Made by a program: the position numbers and the translations under genes. A stretch of DNA of 64,000 nucleotides. It comes from Marsupella aquatica. Taxonomy: Eukaryota; Plantae; Marchantiophyta. The stretch is taken from positions 8,435,241 through 8,499,240 of the forward strand of contig OZ316899.1 of the NCBI GenBank assembly GCA_973895155.1, written 5' to 3'. Shown one piece after another: positions 62,121-64,000 of this stretch. A model generated the notes under the pieces. That model was not told where the DNA came from. It worked only from the letters and a program-made list of their open reading frames with translations, and searched no databases. The stretch's first letter is position 1. Every line of letters starts with the position of its first letter.

Positions 62121-62846
62121 TTGGGTCTAGCGGCAAGGGCCACTAGTCCTAGGGAAGTTGGGGTTGAGGCTATTGTCCCAAGAGGGAGAAAGCGTTCCAA
62201 GAGGCGGGCCGGAGGGGATACTGATTTGTACAAGGCAGTGGTTACGGGTAGGTGGGGTGGTTGTGAGTTCATTGGCAGATGTGTCCCTATCATCAAGGAC
62301 TGGGATCTTGAGACTCTTGGTTTGCCACAACAACTTTCCTACGGTGAGGAGGTAGAGGTTTGGGGTAGACGTTGGGTTATCAAACCTTCCACACTTGGGG
62401 ATAGACATGGCTATGGAGTTTTTGCCTGTGAGGACATCATTGTGGACGCCGAGAGTGGTAGAGGTGGACGCGGCCGAGAGGGGCCTACTTTGTTTCCTTA
62501 TGGTGGACCCATCTACAAGAGAAGACATTGGAACATGATCCTTGCACAACACCCTGAGTGGAAGACTTATGCATTGGACATGGATACTTTTGATGGAAAC
62601 ACTACAAGGTATAGTGAGCAGCGTGTCATAGATGGGGACCCCATACGGACTGGGAATATTGCTGGTTTCATAAACAGTACCGTGGGGACTCACCCTAAGC
62701 GTAAGCAAAATTGTGAGTGGGATTTCATTGAGGGTCCTCCGCCAGCACCTTATGGCCAGACATATCATCATGACCATTGCCTAGTTGTAGCGACGAGGAC
62801 CATTAACTCAGGGGATGAGTTATTTACTCACTATGAGTGGGATTAG
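62121..62846 (+). CDS. SET-domain (lysine methyltransferase-like) exon
   Basis: IKPSTLGDRHGYGVFACEDI, PYGG, IDGDP..GNIAGFINS, and VVATRTINSGDELFTHY*. No in-frame ATG precedes the domain. Confidence 0.88.
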   Translation: MGLAARATSPREVGVEAIVPRGRKRSKRRAGGDTDLYKAVVTGRWGGCEFIGRCVPIIKDWDLETLGLPQQLSYGEEVEVWGRRWVIKPSTLGDRHGYGVFACEDIIVDAESGRGGRGREGPTLFPYGGPIYKRRHWNMILAQHPEWKTYALDMDTFDGNTTRYSEQRVIDGDPIRTGNIAGFINSTVGTHPKRKQNCEWDFIEGPPPAPYGQTYHHDHCLVVATRTINSGDELFTHYEWD

Positions 62847-63020
62847 GGTTAAGTTAAGGGTCATAGGTGGTATGTTGCATATCAAATGACACTACATATG
62901 GCCTTTGGCCACATTTTGTATTTGCACCACAACCAATATTATTTCATTTTTGCACACCCCTAGCCCATTTTTGTGTGTTCTCTTTGCAATATAACTTTCA
63001 ATTGTTTGCTTTGTTTTTAG

Positions 63021-64000
63021 AATGTGCGACCCTCTCCAAATATGTTACCACGGAGATTGAGAGCAACATATCAAGAAATGGGTATGCCAGAAGAAGGACA
63101 TGGATCAGAGTCACACTCCTCATCAAGTGCTAGTGGAAGCAATAACCCTGATGAAGAGGTACCTCAGACGGATGAACAAGTAACTGATGACCAGGATAGC
63201 GCCATGGATGACATTATGGTTGATTGGTTTGGTGCCAACAACCCTGGTGATGACCTTCCCAATGAAGGGCAGGTGCCCCCCAATGATCCACGCCCAAGAC
63301 ATACCCCTGAGGGACAACGCCAATGGGAAGAAGCAGAGGAACATGCTCGAACACCTATCTATGAGGGTGCTCGTTTGAGTCGTCTTTCAGCCATCTTGGG
63401 GTTGATGAACCTACAGGCCAAACACAAGGCAAGCAATGCCTTGTTATCTGATATGTTTGCACTTTGCCATGACCTTATGTTACCCACTGAGAATGTGTTG
63501 TCAGCAACTTGGAAAGAGGCAAAGAGTGTTCTCTCATCTATTGGCATGGAATATCATATTGTTCATGCATGTGTGAATGATTGCATGTTATTTCATGGGG
63601 CCAATGCAAACATGACACAATGTACAACATGTGATAAGCCTCGCTATGACCCCAACATGCTAACAAAGAAGGTGCCAAGGAAGGTTGTTCGTTGGTTTCC
63701 CATCATTCCTTGGTTGTTGCACATGTATCGGTGTTCTGACTTGGCAGAGTTGATGGTATGGCATAAGACTCATTGATCAGAGTCTGGTGTCATGCGGTTG
63801 CCAGTTGACTCCCCTGCTCACAAACATATTGAGGCAACATGGCCAGACTTTGCACATGATCCTCGCCATGTGAGGCTAGGATTGGCATCTGATGGAGTTA
63901 GCCCTCATTCACTTGGAGGAAAGGGGCAACCTACATCAGTTTGGCCTATGGTTGTCATGAATTATTACCTCCCACCATTGCTATCCATGAAGAAGGGGTT
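63021..64000 (+). pseudogene. CACTA #2 TnpD transposase, running off the window; premature stop at 63774-63776
   Basis: IGMEYHIVHACVNDCMLF, CTTCDKPRY, KVPRKVVRWFPIIP, LMVWH, PRHVRLGLASDGVSP and WPMVVMNYYLPP. Confidence 0.95.

Overview
This window is eukaryotic, plant-type repeat DNA (spliceosomal GT-AG introns, plant TE lineages; a non-seed plant is my guess). It is built almost entirely from nested, mostly decayed transposons, and I found no intact host gene. From left to right: (1) A chromodomain Ty3/Gypsy (1-24228) is split by a complete 17-kb CACTA element (4679-21696, GCA TSD) and a 202-bp MITE. (2) An L1 ORF2 fragment carries a second MITE. (3) A Bianca-like Copia lies on the minus strand. 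(4) A left-truncated, ORF-bearing LTR-like unit (~30270-36871) contains a 4.0-kb TG..CA insertion with a GTGCC TSD. (5) A near-complete L1 lies on the minus strand. (6) A second Bianca-like Copia 5' end and a Gypsy gag-protease remnant follow. (7) A second CACTA-type gene cluster runs off the right edge; its TnpA-like gene is split by a 6.4-kb TG..CA unit, which itself contains a 1.76-kb solo LTR. Three observations stand out. (a) Both CACTA elements carry a chromatin-effector gene next to or inside the transposase gene: an EDM2-like composite PHD protein with a histone-H3-tail-like N-terminus (MARNKQKA...QLA) in the first, and a SET-domain exon inside a predicted transposase intron in the second. 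(b) Three solo-LTR-like units each enclose a homologous non-gag/pol ORF, which suggests LTR-encoded proteins. (c) CACTA #1 has captured a CCB1-like host exon. All family assignments come from recalled motifs, not database searches.
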